From an uncultured Planctomycetaceae bacterium (GTDB lineage Bacteria > Planctomycetota > Planctomycetia > Isosphaerales > Isosphaeraceae), in assembly GCA_963833985.1 (NCBI GenBank), contig CAWIAD010000002.1, positions 5,056,001 to 5,120,000 of the forward strand: a stretch of 64,000 nt of DNA, written 5' to 3'. Of the stretch, positions 10,957 to 22,964 are shown one piece after another. A program made the translations under genes and the position numbers. The notes below the pieces were generated by a model that saw only the letters and a list, made by a program, of their open reading frames with translations, did not search any database and was not told where the DNA came from. Each line of letters begins with the position of its first letter. The stretch's first letter is position 1.

Positions 10957-12348
10957 GTGATGATCGCTTCGGAGTGCGGTCGTAAGACCTTCGCGTGGTT
11001 GCTGGGAATCGCGGTTGCCGGCACGCTCTGGGCCGGAACGGCGGAGGCGCAGGCGCAGCAGCGCCGATCGTTCTTCGGCGGGGGGCAGACACAGACGCAA
11101 CCGCCAGCGGCCAGGGCCGCGGACAATCCCGCCGCCGATACGCCCCAGTCGATCCGGCTCGACCAGATCAACGTTCCCCCGGTAAAGCTCACAGCGATTC
11201 CCGTCAACCCCACCGACCCCATCGCCATCGTGAACAAGCAGGTGATCACACGCCAGCAGCTTGCCGACGAGTGCGTGGCACGCCGGGGCAAGGAGATCCT
11301 CGACACCCTGATCAATCGGACCCTGATCGAGCAGGCCCTCAAGAGCAGCAAGCAGGAGGTCAGCGCGGCCGAGATCGATCAGGAGATCGAGAACGTGGCC
11401 CACCGCTTCGGCATCGGCCGCGAGGCCTGGCTGCGGACGCTCGACAAGGAGCGTAGCATCAGCCCCGCGCAGTACGCCCGCGACATCATCTACCCCGCCC
11501 TTGCCCTGCGCAAGCTCTGCGCCGGGCGGGTCTCCGTGACGCCCAAGGACTTGCAGGAAGCCTTTGAATCTCAGTACGGCGACAAGATTCGCTGCCGCAT
11601 GATCATGGTGGACAAGCTGCCCAAGGCCCAGGATATCTGGGAACGGCTGCGGAAGAACCCCGCCGGGTTCGAGAAGATCGCCCAGGACGAGTCGATGGAT
11701 TCCGGCAGCCGCTCGCTCGGCGGGCAGCTCGCCGAGCCGATCACCCGCCACGCCTACCCCAGGAACGTGGCCGACGCCGCTTTCCGCCAGCTTGTCGACG
11801 GCGATCCTGCGGACAAGGACCCGTCACACAAGCCCAAGGACGGTGATTTCACCGGGCCCATCCAGGCGGCCGAATCGGTCTGGGTCATCCTCCGCCGCGA
11901 CGCCGTCATCGAGGCCACAGAAGGCGCATCGCTCAAGGATGAACGGATCAAGAAACAAACGTACGAGATGATCTACGAGGTCAAGCTCAAGGAGACGATG
12001 GGCCTCGTCTTCCAGGAGCTGATGAAGATGTCGGAGATCGAGAACAAGCTGGTCGGCACGGTGAAGCTGGCCAACGAGGAGCAGCAGGAGGACTTCACCA
12101 GCTTTGACAAGAGCAAGGTCAAGCTGATGAACAACGCCGGCGGCGCTGAGAATACGGCCGACGACAAGGTTGTCCGAGCGGCCGCCACGGGCGAGGGGGG
12201 CGTGAGCGCGGGGCCACGCGTCAAGCTGCCCCCGCCGGTCGCGGTCTCGCCCGAGGCCGTGCAGCAATTCGAGAACATCCAGAAACGTCCCTTGAGGACC
12301 AGCCAGCAGGCAGCCGACGCGGCGACGGCCACGGCTCCACCGCAATAA
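10957..12348 (+). CDS. Parvulin/PpiC-type peptidyl-prolyl isomerase (PrsA/SurA-like foldase)
   Basis: Signal peptide; AIVNKQVIT, LINRTLIEQA and FEKIAQDESMDSGSRSLGGQL motifs. Confidence 0.8.
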   Translation: MMIASECGRKTFAWLLGIAVAGTLWAGTAEAQAQQRRSFFGGGQTQTQPPAARAADNPAADTPQSIRLDQINVPPVKLTAIPVNPTDPIAIVNKQVITRQQLADECVARRGKEILDTLINRTLIEQALKSSKQEVSAAEIDQEIENVAHRFGIGREAWLRTLDKERSISPAQYARDIIYPALALRKLCAGRVSVTPKDLQEAFESQYGDKIRCRMIMVDKLPKAQDIWERLRKNPAGFEKIAQDESMDSGSRSLGGQLAEPITRHAYPRNVADAAFRQLVDGDPADKDPSHKPKDGDFTGPIQAAESVWVILRRDAVIEATEGASLKDERIKKQTYEMIYEVKLKETMGLVFQELMKMSEIENKLVGTVKLANEEQQEDFTSFDKSKVKLMNNAGGAENTADDKVVRAAATGEGGVSAGPRVKLPPPVAVSPEAVQQFENIQKRPLRTSQQAADAATATAPPQ

Positions 12349-12543
12349 CCCGAACCGAACCGTCCGGGGCGACCGGACCTTGTTCAGATCCGACCCGGGG
12401 CAGGGCTCGTCGAAGGCTTCGAAAACGGCTCGATGCGCCCTGTCCATGGTCGTTCGCGGTCATTTCTCGGTGCTCAGAACGCAATCGCCAAGCGGGGCCG
12501 GCGTGCCCCGGCCCCCTTCCCATTCAGGCGGTTACCGAAGCTC

Positions 12544-13329
12544 ATGGCAACAACCCTTCGCGGCATGCCTGTGCCGGCCATTGCCTCATCGCCGGTCCGC
12601 TTCGCCGTCGCGCTGGTGCTGCTGGCGGCCATCGCGGGCTGCGGAACCGTGAAGACCACAGGGACAGCGCGTACGGGCACCGAGCAGTTGCTGCTGACGA
12701 ACGCCTGGGATTCAGCGCTGGCCAAGGTGGACTTCCGGCCGCTTTCGGGCGTGCCCGTCTATCTCGATGCCAGTAACGTGAACGCGGTGGACCAGGGGTG
12801 GGTCGTCTCCAGCCTGCACCAGGCCATGCTCATGCAGGGAGTCCTCCTGCGCACCAAGCCCGAGCAGGCGCAGTGGATCGTCGAGGCCCGCGTGGGCGCC
12901 TACGGTACGGACGCCTACAACTTCCTGGTGGGCGTTCCTCAAACCTCGGTTCCCGCCACCTTGCCGGGCATTCCCACCGGGACAATTCCCGAAATGTCGC
13001 TCCTGAAGAAGAGCCACCAGGAAGGCATCGCCAAGCTGGCACTTTTCGCCTACGACCGGGCCAGTGGCCAGCTCGTCTGGAAATCGGGCACGGCGCTTGC
13101 GACCTCCAGCGCCAAGGACCTGTACGTGGGTGGCGTCGGCCCGATCCAGGGAGGCACGATCCGCGGAGGCACCAAGATCATTGGCACCAAGATTCCCCTC
13201 CCCTCCGAGCCTCTCGGCCCGGCCCCCGTGGCTGGCGAGAACGATAAGGACCAGACGGCGATGCCCCTGCCCGGCGCACCGATCTCATCGCCAGCCTCGT
13301 CCAGCGATTACGAGTCGTTCGCGCCGTGA
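12544..13329 (+). CDS. Lipoprotein of unknown function (DUF6655/MafA-like)
   Basis: Lipobox LLAAIAGC; RTGTEQLLLTNAWD, RVGAYGTD and AKLALFAYD motifs. Confidence 0.65.
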   Translation: MATTLRGMPVPAIASSPVRFAVALVLLAAIAGCGTVKTTGTARTGTEQLLLTNAWDSALAKVDFRPLSGVPVYLDASNVNAVDQGWVVSSLHQAMLMQGVLLRTKPEQAQWIVEARVGAYGTDAYNFLVGVPQTSVPATLPGIPTGTIPEMSLLKKSHQEGIAKLALFAYDRASGQLVWKSGTALATSSAKDLYVGGVGPIQGGTIRGGTKIIGTKIPLPSEPLGPAPVAGENDKDQTAMPLPGAPISSPASSSDYESFAP

Positions 13330-13488
13330 GCGTCCCTGCGGCAGCGGCGCAATCGCTGCGTCCCGAGGCGCTTACTGGACAGCGGGCAATGCATCCCCGA
13401 TAGTAAAAGCCTGAGATCGAGAGCCAGGGGAAACGGATTGGCCGGGAACACGTGCCATTCCGCTGATCGCCGCGACCGGAGCGTTTTC

Positions 13489-14020
13489 ATGGCCGTGACC
13501 GCCTCGCTGAATTTGCGCAATTACATTCGGGACATTCCTGACTTTCCCAAGCCGGGCATCATGTTCAAGGACATCACACCGCTCCTGAGCAGTCCGCCGG
13601 CTTTTCGTGCCGCCATCGAGCAGATTGAGCAGCAATTTCAGGGACGGAGCATCGACGTGATCGCGGCCGCCGAAGCACGCGGATTCATCTTCGGTGCCCC
13701 TCTGGCCATGCAGATGAAGGCCGGGTTCGTGCCCATCCGCAAGCCGGGAAAGCTGCCCTACGCCACGATCGCCCAGGAGTACCAGCTCGAATACGGCAGC
13801 GACCGGCTTGAAGTCCATACCGATGCGCTTTTCGGCCGGACATCGCGTGCTGCTGCTCGATGACGTGCTGGCCACCGGCGGCACCATGCGGGCTTGCCGC
13901 GACCTGGTCCTGTCGACCGGAGCCGAGCTGGTGGCCTGCGCGTTCGTGATCGAGCTGGCCTTCCTCGGCGGACGGGCCCGGCTGGAGCCCTCAGAGGTCT
14001 TCAGCCTGATCACGTACTGA
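13489..14020 (+). CDS. apt: Adenine phosphoribosyltransferase (frameshift near 13829)
   Basis: [37 protein letters not shown] and [11 protein letters not shown] motifs. Confidence 0.95.
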
Positions 14021-14037
14021 GAGGTCGAGGTTGCCTC

Positions 14038-15152
14038 ATGAACGACGCCTGGATCGCCGAGCGGATGCGGCACATCGACGCCTCGGGCATCCGCAAGGCC
14101 TTCGAGATGGCCCGGTCCATGAAGGACCCGATCAACCTCTCGATCGGCCTGCCCCATTTCGATGTTGCCGAGCCCGTGAAGGCCGCCGCCGTCCAGGCGA
14201 TTCATTCGGGCAAGAACCAGTATACCTTGACCCAGGGGATCCCCGAGCTGCGCAGCAAGATCCAGGCTGCCGTGGACGCCGCACTGCATCACGACGACCG
14301 CCAGGTCATCGTCACCTCGGGTACCGCGGGCGCCCTGCTGCTGGCCATCTGTGCGGTGGTGAACCCGGGGGATGAGGCGATCATCTTCGATCCGTATTTC
14401 GTGATGTATCGCCACCAGGTCACACTGGCCGGCGGCACATCCGTGCTCGTGGACACCTACCCCGATTTCCGGATCAAGGCGAAGGCCGTCGAGGCCGCCA
14501 TCACGCCCAGAACCAAGTGCGTGGTGGTGAACTCGCCGGCCAACCCATCCGGGGTCGTGGCCAGCGAGGACGAGATGCGGGCACTCGCGGAGCTTTGCCG
14601 GCGCCGGAATATCCTGCTCATCAGCGACGAGGTCTACCGCGGTTTCTGCTACGACATGCCGTTCGCGACACCGTCGGCCTGGAACGAGGACGTGCTGGTG
14701 GTCGACGGCTTCAGCAAGGCGCACGGCATGACCGGGTGGCGGCTGGGTTTCGCCCACGGCCCCGCGCGGATCATCCAGGAAATGGCTAAGCTCCAGCAAT
14801 TCACCTTCGTCTGCGCCCCAGCATCGTGCAGTCCGCCGGCGTCGTCGCTCTCGACGAAGACCTGAGCCCGCACATCGAAGCCTATCGCCGCAAGCGCGAC
14901 ATGGTCGTCGCCGCCCTGACGGATCAGTACGAGATCGCATTCCCCGAAGGCGCGTTTTATGCGTTTCCCAGGGCACCCTGGGGAACGGCCACCGAATTCG
15001 TCGCCCACGCCATCCGCCACAACCTGCTCGTCATTCCTGGCAACGTCTTCAGCCAGCGCGACACCCACTTCCGCATCTCGTACGCCGTCGACGACGACAC
15101 GCTCCAGCGCGGGCTCCGCGTCCTTTGCCAGATTGCACACCGGCCGGGGTAA
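14038..15152 (+). CDS. PLP-dependent class I/II aminotransferase (frameshift near 14816)
   Basis: INLSIGLPHF, NSPANPSG, SDEVY and GFSKAHGMTGWRLG motifs. Confidence 0.92.
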
Positions 15153-15335
15153 CTCACCCGGTCGCTGTGGCGATGGGGCTCGGTCTGTTTCGCGGGGTAT
15201 CGAAATGAAGATCCACTCACGGCATGCACCGCGCTTGCGTTTTATCACGCTTAGCTTCATAGTATGGCATCACACGGCCGATGCTGCGGCCGAACATCTT
15301 CACACTTCTCTGCATTTCGCTCAAGGAGGCCACTC

Positions 15336-16103
15336 GTGAGTGAAGTGAACGGGCGGACTTCAACCTCGCCGGCTCCTCCTCGCAATCTGCCCTCCGAAGA
15401 GTTTCCCTCGACGGTCTGGATGCGCATCGAACAGGTCAAGGAAGCCACTGCTGCCAGGTCACGCGCGGCGCTCGAGGAACTGTGCGAAGCGTACTGGCAT
15501 CCCGTCTACGCATTCATCAGGCGCAAGGGAAACGATCCGGATCGAGCCGCCGACCTGACCCAGGGCTTCTTCACGGCCTTGCTGGAAACGGGGGCCTTCA
15601 CGGCTGTGACACCCGAAAAAGGACGGTTCCGATCCTTCTTGATGGCTGCGTGCACGCACTTTCTCTGCAATCAGCGGGTGCACGAGCAGGCGCTCAAGCG
15701 CGGGGGCGGGCGTTGTTTGATCTCCATGGACCAGCTCAAGGCCGAGGATCGATTCAACCACGAGCCGTTCCACGAGCTGACGCCGGAAAAAACGTTCCTC
15801 CGCCAGTGGGCCCTGACCATGCTGGACCGTGTGATGGGCAGGCTGCAGGCCGAGGCCGAGGCGAAGGGCAAATCGAAGGTGTTCGAGCAGATGCGGCCCG
15901 TGATTCTGGGCAGAGAAGCGACGGCTTCCTACGCCGAGATCTCGGAGAAGCTGGGCATGAGCGAGACGACCGTGAAGGTGACCGTCCACCGCTACCGGGG
16001 CCGTTATCGTGCGCTCCTGCGCGAGGAGATCTCGCGCACGGTGCATGACCCGGCCGACGTGGAGGAGGAGATCACCACGCTCATCCAGGCCCTCGCCGAT
16101 TGA
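15336..16103 (+). CDS. ECF-type RNA polymerase sigma factor
   Basis: AAGGAGG RBS + GTG; FPSTVW, LCEAYWHPVYAFIRR, DLTQGFF, GRFRSFL; region 4 SYAEISEKLGMSETTVKVTVHRYR. Confidence 0.88.
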   Translation: MSEVNGRTSTSPAPPRNLPSEEFPSTVWMRIEQVKEATAARSRAALEELCEAYWHPVYAFIRRKGNDPDRAADLTQGFFTALLETGAFTAVTPEKGRFRSFLMAACTHFLCNQRVHEQALKRGGGRCLISMDQLKAEDRFNHEPFHELTPEKTFLRQWALTMLDRVMGRLQAEAEAKGKSKVFEQMRPVILGREATASYAEISEKLGMSETTVKVTVHRYRGRYRALLREEISRTVHDPADVEEEITTLIQALAD

Positions 16104-16857
16104 GTGGAACAGTCGATGGATCTGCTTGCACGGCAGTCCCGACTGCTTTGTACTTGCGAGTTTCCGAGCGATCCGCTGTCAGCCGGGCCACGAAGGCTGC
16201 GTGCTCCGGGGCGCCCAGCCCCTGTTCCAGGACACCGATCAGCCGATCCAGGTCCTCGTGGTAAATCGCCACCGGGTCGAGCCATAGACCCGGAAATACC
16301 TCCGAGCGAACAATGCCGTCAGCCCCGGCGCGCACGTCTTCAAAGCGGTCGCCTCGGTGGACGAACCAGTGGATCCGGTCCGGGTCGAGCTCGACAACGA
16401 GGTATTCGTCGCGCACTCCCGCCCGCTCATAATCGTCTCGCTTTGGGCCGAGGTCGAAGCTGCGACTGGCGCGGGCGATCTCGACGACCAGCTCCGGTGC
16501 TCCGGTGATGTATCCCTCCGCGTCAACGCTGGCCTGCCCGCCGAGCTCGGGAACGACATGCAGCAGAGCATCCGGTTGCGGCTCACCGGCGTTGTCCAGA
16601 AGAACCGTCGCTCCGCTGGCGCCTTTGACACCCGATGTGTGGCGCTCGTAGTGAAACAGCCAGCCGGAGACGATGTGTCCCTCCACGGCATGGTCCCGTC
16701 GCATCGGCGAGGGCATGGAGACCACTCCTCCCACGAGCTCGGCGCGAGTGTCCGGCGACATCGCCTTGTAGCGGGCATGGAACGTGGGTCGCTCCAGCCT
16801 CTGGCCGGCAATCCGCGTCGGAAGGATGCCCGGCCGGGCCTCATCGATCGTGCTCAT
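16081..16857 (-). CDS. Uma2-family putative endonuclease
   Basis: RAELVGGVV, EPQPD, GAPELVVEIA, DLGPKRDDYERAGV and SEVFPGLWLD motifs. Confidence 0.88.
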   Translation of the reverse strand: MSTIDEARPGILPTRIAGQRLERPTFHARYKAMSPDTRAELVGGVVSMPSPMRRDHAVEGHIVSGWLFHYERHTSGVKGASGATVLLDNAGEPQPDALLHVVPELGGQASVDAEGYITGAPELVVEIARASRSFDLGPKRDDYERAGVRDEYLVVELDPDRIHWFVHRGDRFEDVRAGADGIVRSEVFPGLWLDPVAIYHEDLDRLIGVLEQGLGAPEHAAFVARLTADRSETRKYKAVGTAVQADPSTVPLNRRGPG

Positions 16858-16879
16858 CGGAGAACCCTTCGCCAGCCGC

Positions 16880-18253
<1,374 letters not shown>

Positions 18254-18606
18254 GCATTACCCTTTCACTGCAAGCATGATGCCAAACCGCGCTCATGAGC
18301 CCCGAGAACGACGTCGCGAGCCAAGCCCTGGGGGATCGCGCGCGTTTCAGAAATGGGGTGGCGGACCGGCAGACGCGCCTGTCGCAATCGCTTGAATGAG
18401 TTGCCGTTCATACGGCAAGAGCAAGCTTCGGCTGATGCCATCTGCTTCGCGACGCGCATCCTGGCCGTCTCAAGCCCGCCCCGTAACCAGCTGCCGACAG
18501 TACCCAAACCGGTCAAAATTGTCTGCATGGCATTCTAGAGTACGCTTCCAGTCCGGGCAAGGCCGCTCAGCGCTTCGCGATGACGACCATGGTGACTTTG
18601 AGCGAT

Positions 18607-19908
18607 CTACGGTTTCGGAGGTCGATTGCTTGCGCTGGCATTTCCGACGCGGCGAGGTCCGGCGACGGGGCTCAGATCGGAGGAAGGAATCCTGGCATCA
18701 TCGGTCGAGGCGTGACGGGCATGGGTGTTCCAGTGCTCGCGCACCCAGGCCGCCAGCTTCCGGCCCGGCGCTCAGCGGCAATCCCGCAAGCTCGGCAATG
18801 CCAACCCACCGCGCGCCCTCGTGCCGGGCCCCGGGCCGACCCCGGTCGCTAGCGGTTCCGCCAGACGGGCGTGCAGCACCACCCTGTGGCGGGTGACCGT
18901 GTACCTCACCGTGCAGATTTCCGGTCCAAGAAGCACACGAACGCCGGTCAGGGCCGCAACGCCCTCCGCAAGACCGATTGCCGCTCCCGTCGAACGCCTG
19001 GCGGGATCAGCACCCTGCACGTGAACCGTTGGAAACTCCCAGAAGCCCGGCCAAAGACCGTCTTCACCACGCTGGACCATGAGCACTTTCGATCCTTCGG
19101 CAACCACGGCACAGGCCTCGGTCACGGCCAGTGGACGCGGCCTGGGGACGATGATCGGGATCATATCCTGTATGCCACACTGTCTCGCTTGACAAAGCGA
19201 TGAAATTGGACAGATCAGACAGGAAGGGGTCCGGGAAGTGCAAACCAGAGCACCCAGATCCATCACTGCCTGATTGAAATCACCGGCGCGCCGATGCGGC
19301 ACCAGAACTTCCGCGGCTGACCAGAGCCGCTGCAACGATTCTCTGGATTTCAGGTCCTGCCGGAGCGCCAGCAACCGCGCCAGCACGCGTTGTGTGTTGG
19401 CCTCGATGATGGGAGCCGGCAGATCGAAAGCGAACGAGAGGACTGCGCCAGCGATATACCGGCCCACACCCGGCAATTCGAGGAGCGCAGCCGGCTCGCG
19501 CGGCATCGCTCCGCCATGCCGTTCCACAATCATCCGTGCCGCCGCCTGTAACTGCCGTGCCCGGCGATAGTAACCCAATCCCTCCCATGCCTTGAGAACC
19601 TCGAGTTCGGGAGCGCTCGCGAGCGTTTGCACATCGGGGAATTTCGCGAGAAATCTCTCGAAGTACGGGACCACGGCCGCCACGGTCGTCTGTACCAGCA
19701 TCATCTCCGAGACCAGAATCCGATAAGGATCCCCCGTCCCTCGCCACGGGAGGTCTCGGCCACTTGTTTGGTACCATGCGAGTAGCCGCTCTCGGATCTG
19801 CCGTACCCAGGACGGAGCAAGCTCCTCGGGGGAAGCGCCGTGGTCCCCCTGAGATCTGTTCTTGCGTTTGGACAGTGGTCCGCTCTGCGGCCTGTCCGGG
19901 GCATTCAT
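18607..19908 (-). CDS. mutY: A/G-specific adenine glycosylase (two apparent frameshifts near 18813 and 18769)
   Basis: RDLPWR, VSEMMLVQT, WEGLGYYRRAR, LPGVGRY, CTSRTPSCLICPISSLC Fe-S motif, WEFP. The 3' end was reconstructed by hand. Confidence 0.92.
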
Positions 19909-20050
19909 CGGGCCCATGCACACTCCCGTTGCGAGAAAAAATCCCAAAAAAGGGAATGAAACCGCCAAGTTTATCGCATCCTTGCAATAGGAAGAAGAGA
20001 AGCTAGATCACCAGACTATTTAAGGCGACTAGTTTTCCTAAACTTTCTCG

Positions 20051-20080
20051 TTGACTTTCCCGTAGTTGCAAGCATATTAA
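20051..20080 (+). promoter_or_regulatory. Putative sigma70-type promoter
   Basis: TTGACT at 20051 followed 16-18 nt later by CATATT/TATTAA, in an AT-rich gap between divergent genes. Confidence 0.4.
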
Positions 20081-20160
20081 GAATCTAGGACAAAATGGGA
20101 TCAAACATCCCTCAAACGGGATAAGTTCCCTCGCATGGAGGTGTTTTTCCGCAGTGGTTC

Positions 20161-20670
20161 ATGAAAGGGACCTCATCGATGGTGCATCGATCTGGCAGTG
20201 ACAGGCCGGAAGCCCTCCGGCGAGCGTTCGCACAAATCGTCGAAGTCGAGATGACGGCCTCCCCAGCGTTCTGGAGCGCGGGGCGATCCGATGAGAAGTT
20301 GTCGACCTCCTTACAACCGCGTCCGAGCTTCGTCGTCGCCGACCGGCTTGTCCAGATCTGGACGAGCAATCAGCGAGACATGGCCGAACTGCGGGTCCTG
20401 CGGACTCAGGTCATGCAGGCAAGAGCTTACCTGTGCTCCCCGGGGTGCAATCGATTACTGGGTACTGCCCGCCTTGAACATCTCGAATCCCTGGGGCGCG
20501 CCCGCCTTGGCCGCTTGCGGGCCAACCGCCTTGCAGCCTGGGAGCTGCTGTCCGAGCTTGAGTGCCCCTCTTCTCACCAGGCCGGGAAGAGCTGGCCGAA
20601 CCGTTTCGCCACCGCCAAAGACACGGCCATCCCCGACCGTCCAGCCCCTTCCCGCTGCTGGTACGCCTGA
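20161..20670 (+). CDS. Hypothetical helical protein upstream of a sigma factor
   Basis: 169-aa ORF with GGAGG upstream and an amphipathic R/L-rich C-terminal half; no recognised domain. Confidence 0.55.
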   Translation: MKGTSSMVHRSGSDRPEALRRAFAQIVEVEMTASPAFWSAGRSDEKLSTSLQPRPSFVVADRLVQIWTSNQRDMAELRVLRTQVMQARAYLCSPGCNRLLGTARLEHLESLGRARLGRLRANRLAAWELLSELECPSSHQAGKSWPNRFATAKDTAIPDRPAPSRCWYA

Positions 20671-20829
20671 CGCTTCCCTTGATGCAACATGCGCTTGCGA
20701 TCGCTGTTTGATCCAGGCACTGAATTTCAGGATCGCCCCCGACTGGTCGATCCGCCAACCCGGCGCTGATGCCCACTGAGTTTGCAACTTCGAGCCTACA
20801 TCTTTCCATGTGACACGACGAGGTGGATC

Positions 20830-21606
20830 GTGGACGACTTCACTGCGCGCAGCCGACGGCCCGTCGTGGCGGATCGGCAGTCTTTCCCCCGGCGCACGAA
20901 TCCCAACCGCCCTCCGGAGTGCAAGCCAGGGCCGGCGCCCGCGGCAGAGCACCAGGACCGCGCGTATCCGGAGAAGTGTCATCCTCACCGGTCCAGGCCG
21001 CCGCTCGATTCGGAGCAGCAAGACCTGGCGGCAAGTTACCTGCCCCTGGCACGGTCCCTGGCCCGCCGGATGCATGCCGACTTCCCTGGCGGCGACGACG
21101 AGTTCCGCTCCGCGGCATTCCTGGCACTGGTGGAGGCCGCCCAGTCGTATGATCGCACGCGGAACGTGAATTTCGCCACCTACGCGCGGCACCGGATCTG
21201 GGGCGCGCTCTGCGACCTGCGCAGGGAGATGATTGGCAGTGTCCGGCCGGAAGGATTCGGGGCGGCCGTGGCGGTGATACGTCTGGGATCAAACTTGCCG
21301 GATGGACGCGGGGTGATCGGCAGCGAACCCGACGTTCCGGTCGGGACGGAACTGGAGAACCTGGATGCCGTCGAGAACTGGATCAGGAAGCTACCCCGTC
21401 CACATGCCCGGGCGTTTCGCCACATTTATCTCGACGGCAAGTCCCAGGAAGAGACCGCGGCGCTGGTCGGCTGCTCGAAGTCGTGCATGAGCCGGCTGCA
21501 CAGCCAGGCTCTCACCTGGCTGCAACAGACTTACCGGTCTCAGGCCGCGGAGCCTGCTCTCTTGCCGGCCGGTCATGCCGCCCGGTCGGACTTCCTCGAG
21601 GCGTAG
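20830..21606 (+). CDS. Sigma-70 family factor, FliA/WhiG-like
   Basis: YLPLARSLARR, ALVEAAQSYD, FATYARHRIWGALCD; region 4 SQEETAALVGCSKSCMSRLHSQAL. Start uncertain. Confidence 0.85.
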   Translation: MDDFTARSRRPVVADRQSFPRRTNPNRPPECKPGPAPAAEHQDRAYPEKCHPHRSRPPLDSEQQDLAASYLPLARSLARRMHADFPGGDDEFRSAAFLALVEAAQSYDRTRNVNFATYARHRIWGALCDLRREMIGSVRPEGFGAAVAVIRLGSNLPDGRGVIGSEPDVPVGTELENLDAVENWIRKLPRPHARAFRHIYLDGKSQEETAALVGCSKSCMSRLHSQALTWLQQTYRSQAAEPALLPAGHAARSDFLEA

Positions 21607-22751
21607 GCGAATTCGTTGAAGAACTGCCGGATCGAGCCCACCACGTAGCGCTGTTCCGCGTCGGTGAGCTCGGGATAAATCGGCAGGGCCAGGGTCTCCC
21701 GCGCGGCCGACTCGGAGTGCGGGAAATCTCCCGCCTTGTGACCGAGGGACGCGAAGCAAACCTGGAGGTGGAGCGGGATCGGATAGTAGATCTCCGTACC
21801 GATCTTCCGCGTGGCAAGGTGGTCCCGGAGGCCGTCGCGCAGGGTCGCTGGAACGCGGATGACGAACTGGTTGTAGACGTGAAAATTGCCATGACGTTCG
21901 ATCGGCAAGCCCACCGCCTCTTCCAGGCCATGCGTCGCGAAGAGGTTGTGGTAGCGGTCGGCCGCTTCCCTTCGCAGGCTCGTCCAGGTGTCGAGATGAC
22001 GCAGCTTGACCCGCAGTACGGCCGCCTGGAGCGCATCGAGCCGCGAGTTGAAGCCGACCTCGTGATGATGGTATTTCGGCTCCATACCGTGCACCCGCAG
22101 GCGGGCAATCCGGCGCGCGAGCTGAGGGTCGCTCGTCGTCACCATCCCGCCGTCGCCGAACCCTCCCAGGTTCTTGGAGGGATAAAAACTGAACGCCGCC
22201 GCATCTCCCAGGGCGCCGGTGCGGGTGCCGTGATAGGCAGCGCCGATCGCCTGCGCGGCATCCTCGATCACCATGATCCCGCGCCGCCGCGCAATCTCCT
22301 GGAGGGGCTGCATCTCGGCCGTCTGGCCGTAGAGGTGCACCGGAATGATCGCCCGGGTGCGCGGGGTGATCGCCGCTTCCACGAGCGCAGGGTCAATATT
22401 GAACGTGCCCGGCTCGATGTCGACGAAGACCGGTCGGGCTCCCGTCCGCCAGATCGACCCGGCGGTGGCGAAGAACGTGTACGGAGTGGTGATGACCTCG
22501 TCACCCGGGCCAATATCAGAGGCCAGGAGCGGCAGCAGCACCGCGTCGGAGCCCGAAGCACAGCCGATCCCGCTGGCCGCTCCGCAGTAATCCGCAATCT
22601 CGGCTTCAAGCCTGGCCACTTCGGGACCAAGCACAAAGGCCTGGTTCTCCAGGACCTCTCGAACGACCGGCTCGATCTCATCGCGGATCGACTGGTACTG
22701 GGCCTTGAGATTGAGGGCGGGAACACTGGGGGGATCTTGAAAAACACTCAT
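21573..22751 (-). CDS. DegT/DnrJ/EryC1/StrS-family sugar aminotransferase
   Basis: PVHLYGQ, IEDAAQAIG, SFYPSKNLGGFGDGG and GFNSRLDALQAA motifs. Confidence 0.95.
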   Translation of the reverse strand: MSVFQDPPSVPALNLKAQYQSIRDEIEPVVREVLENQAFVLGPEVARLEAEIADYCGAASGIGCASGSDAVLLPLLASDIGPGDEVITTPYTFFATAGSIWRTGARPVFVDIEPGTFNIDPALVEAAITPRTRAIIPVHLYGQTAEMQPLQEIARRRGIMVIEDAAQAIGAAYHGTRTGALGDAAAFSFYPSKNLGGFGDGGMVTTSDPQLARRIARLRVHGMEPKYHHHEVGFNSRLDALQAAVLRVKLRHLDTWTSLRREAADRYHNLFATHGLEEAVGLPIERHGNFHVYNQFVIRVPATLRDGLRDHLATRKIGTEIYYPIPLHLQVCFASLGHKAGDFPHSESAARETLALPIYPELTDAEQRYVVGSIRQFFNEFAYASRKSDRAA

Positions 22752-22964
22752 CGGCGATCACTCCTTTGATGCCACGGAACCTCACGCCTGTGTGCGTAAG
22801 CGTGCGAAATGCACTCGAGGGGCTGATCCGAGGCGTCTCCCTCTTGGAGAAGATCGGACGACGCACGCTAGTTCTTCGCGCTGTTTGTGTCAATGGAGAT
22901 CAAGATGGGTCTTTCAGCCGGCAAATGCGCTCCCCTCACCAGGTTGACCACGCATCGTTCCTAG

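Noticed and set aside
16405..16414. Extra Asp in Uma2 (GVRDEY) as a transposon excision footprint
   Set aside because: Adjacent to GCGC, so probably the same artefact
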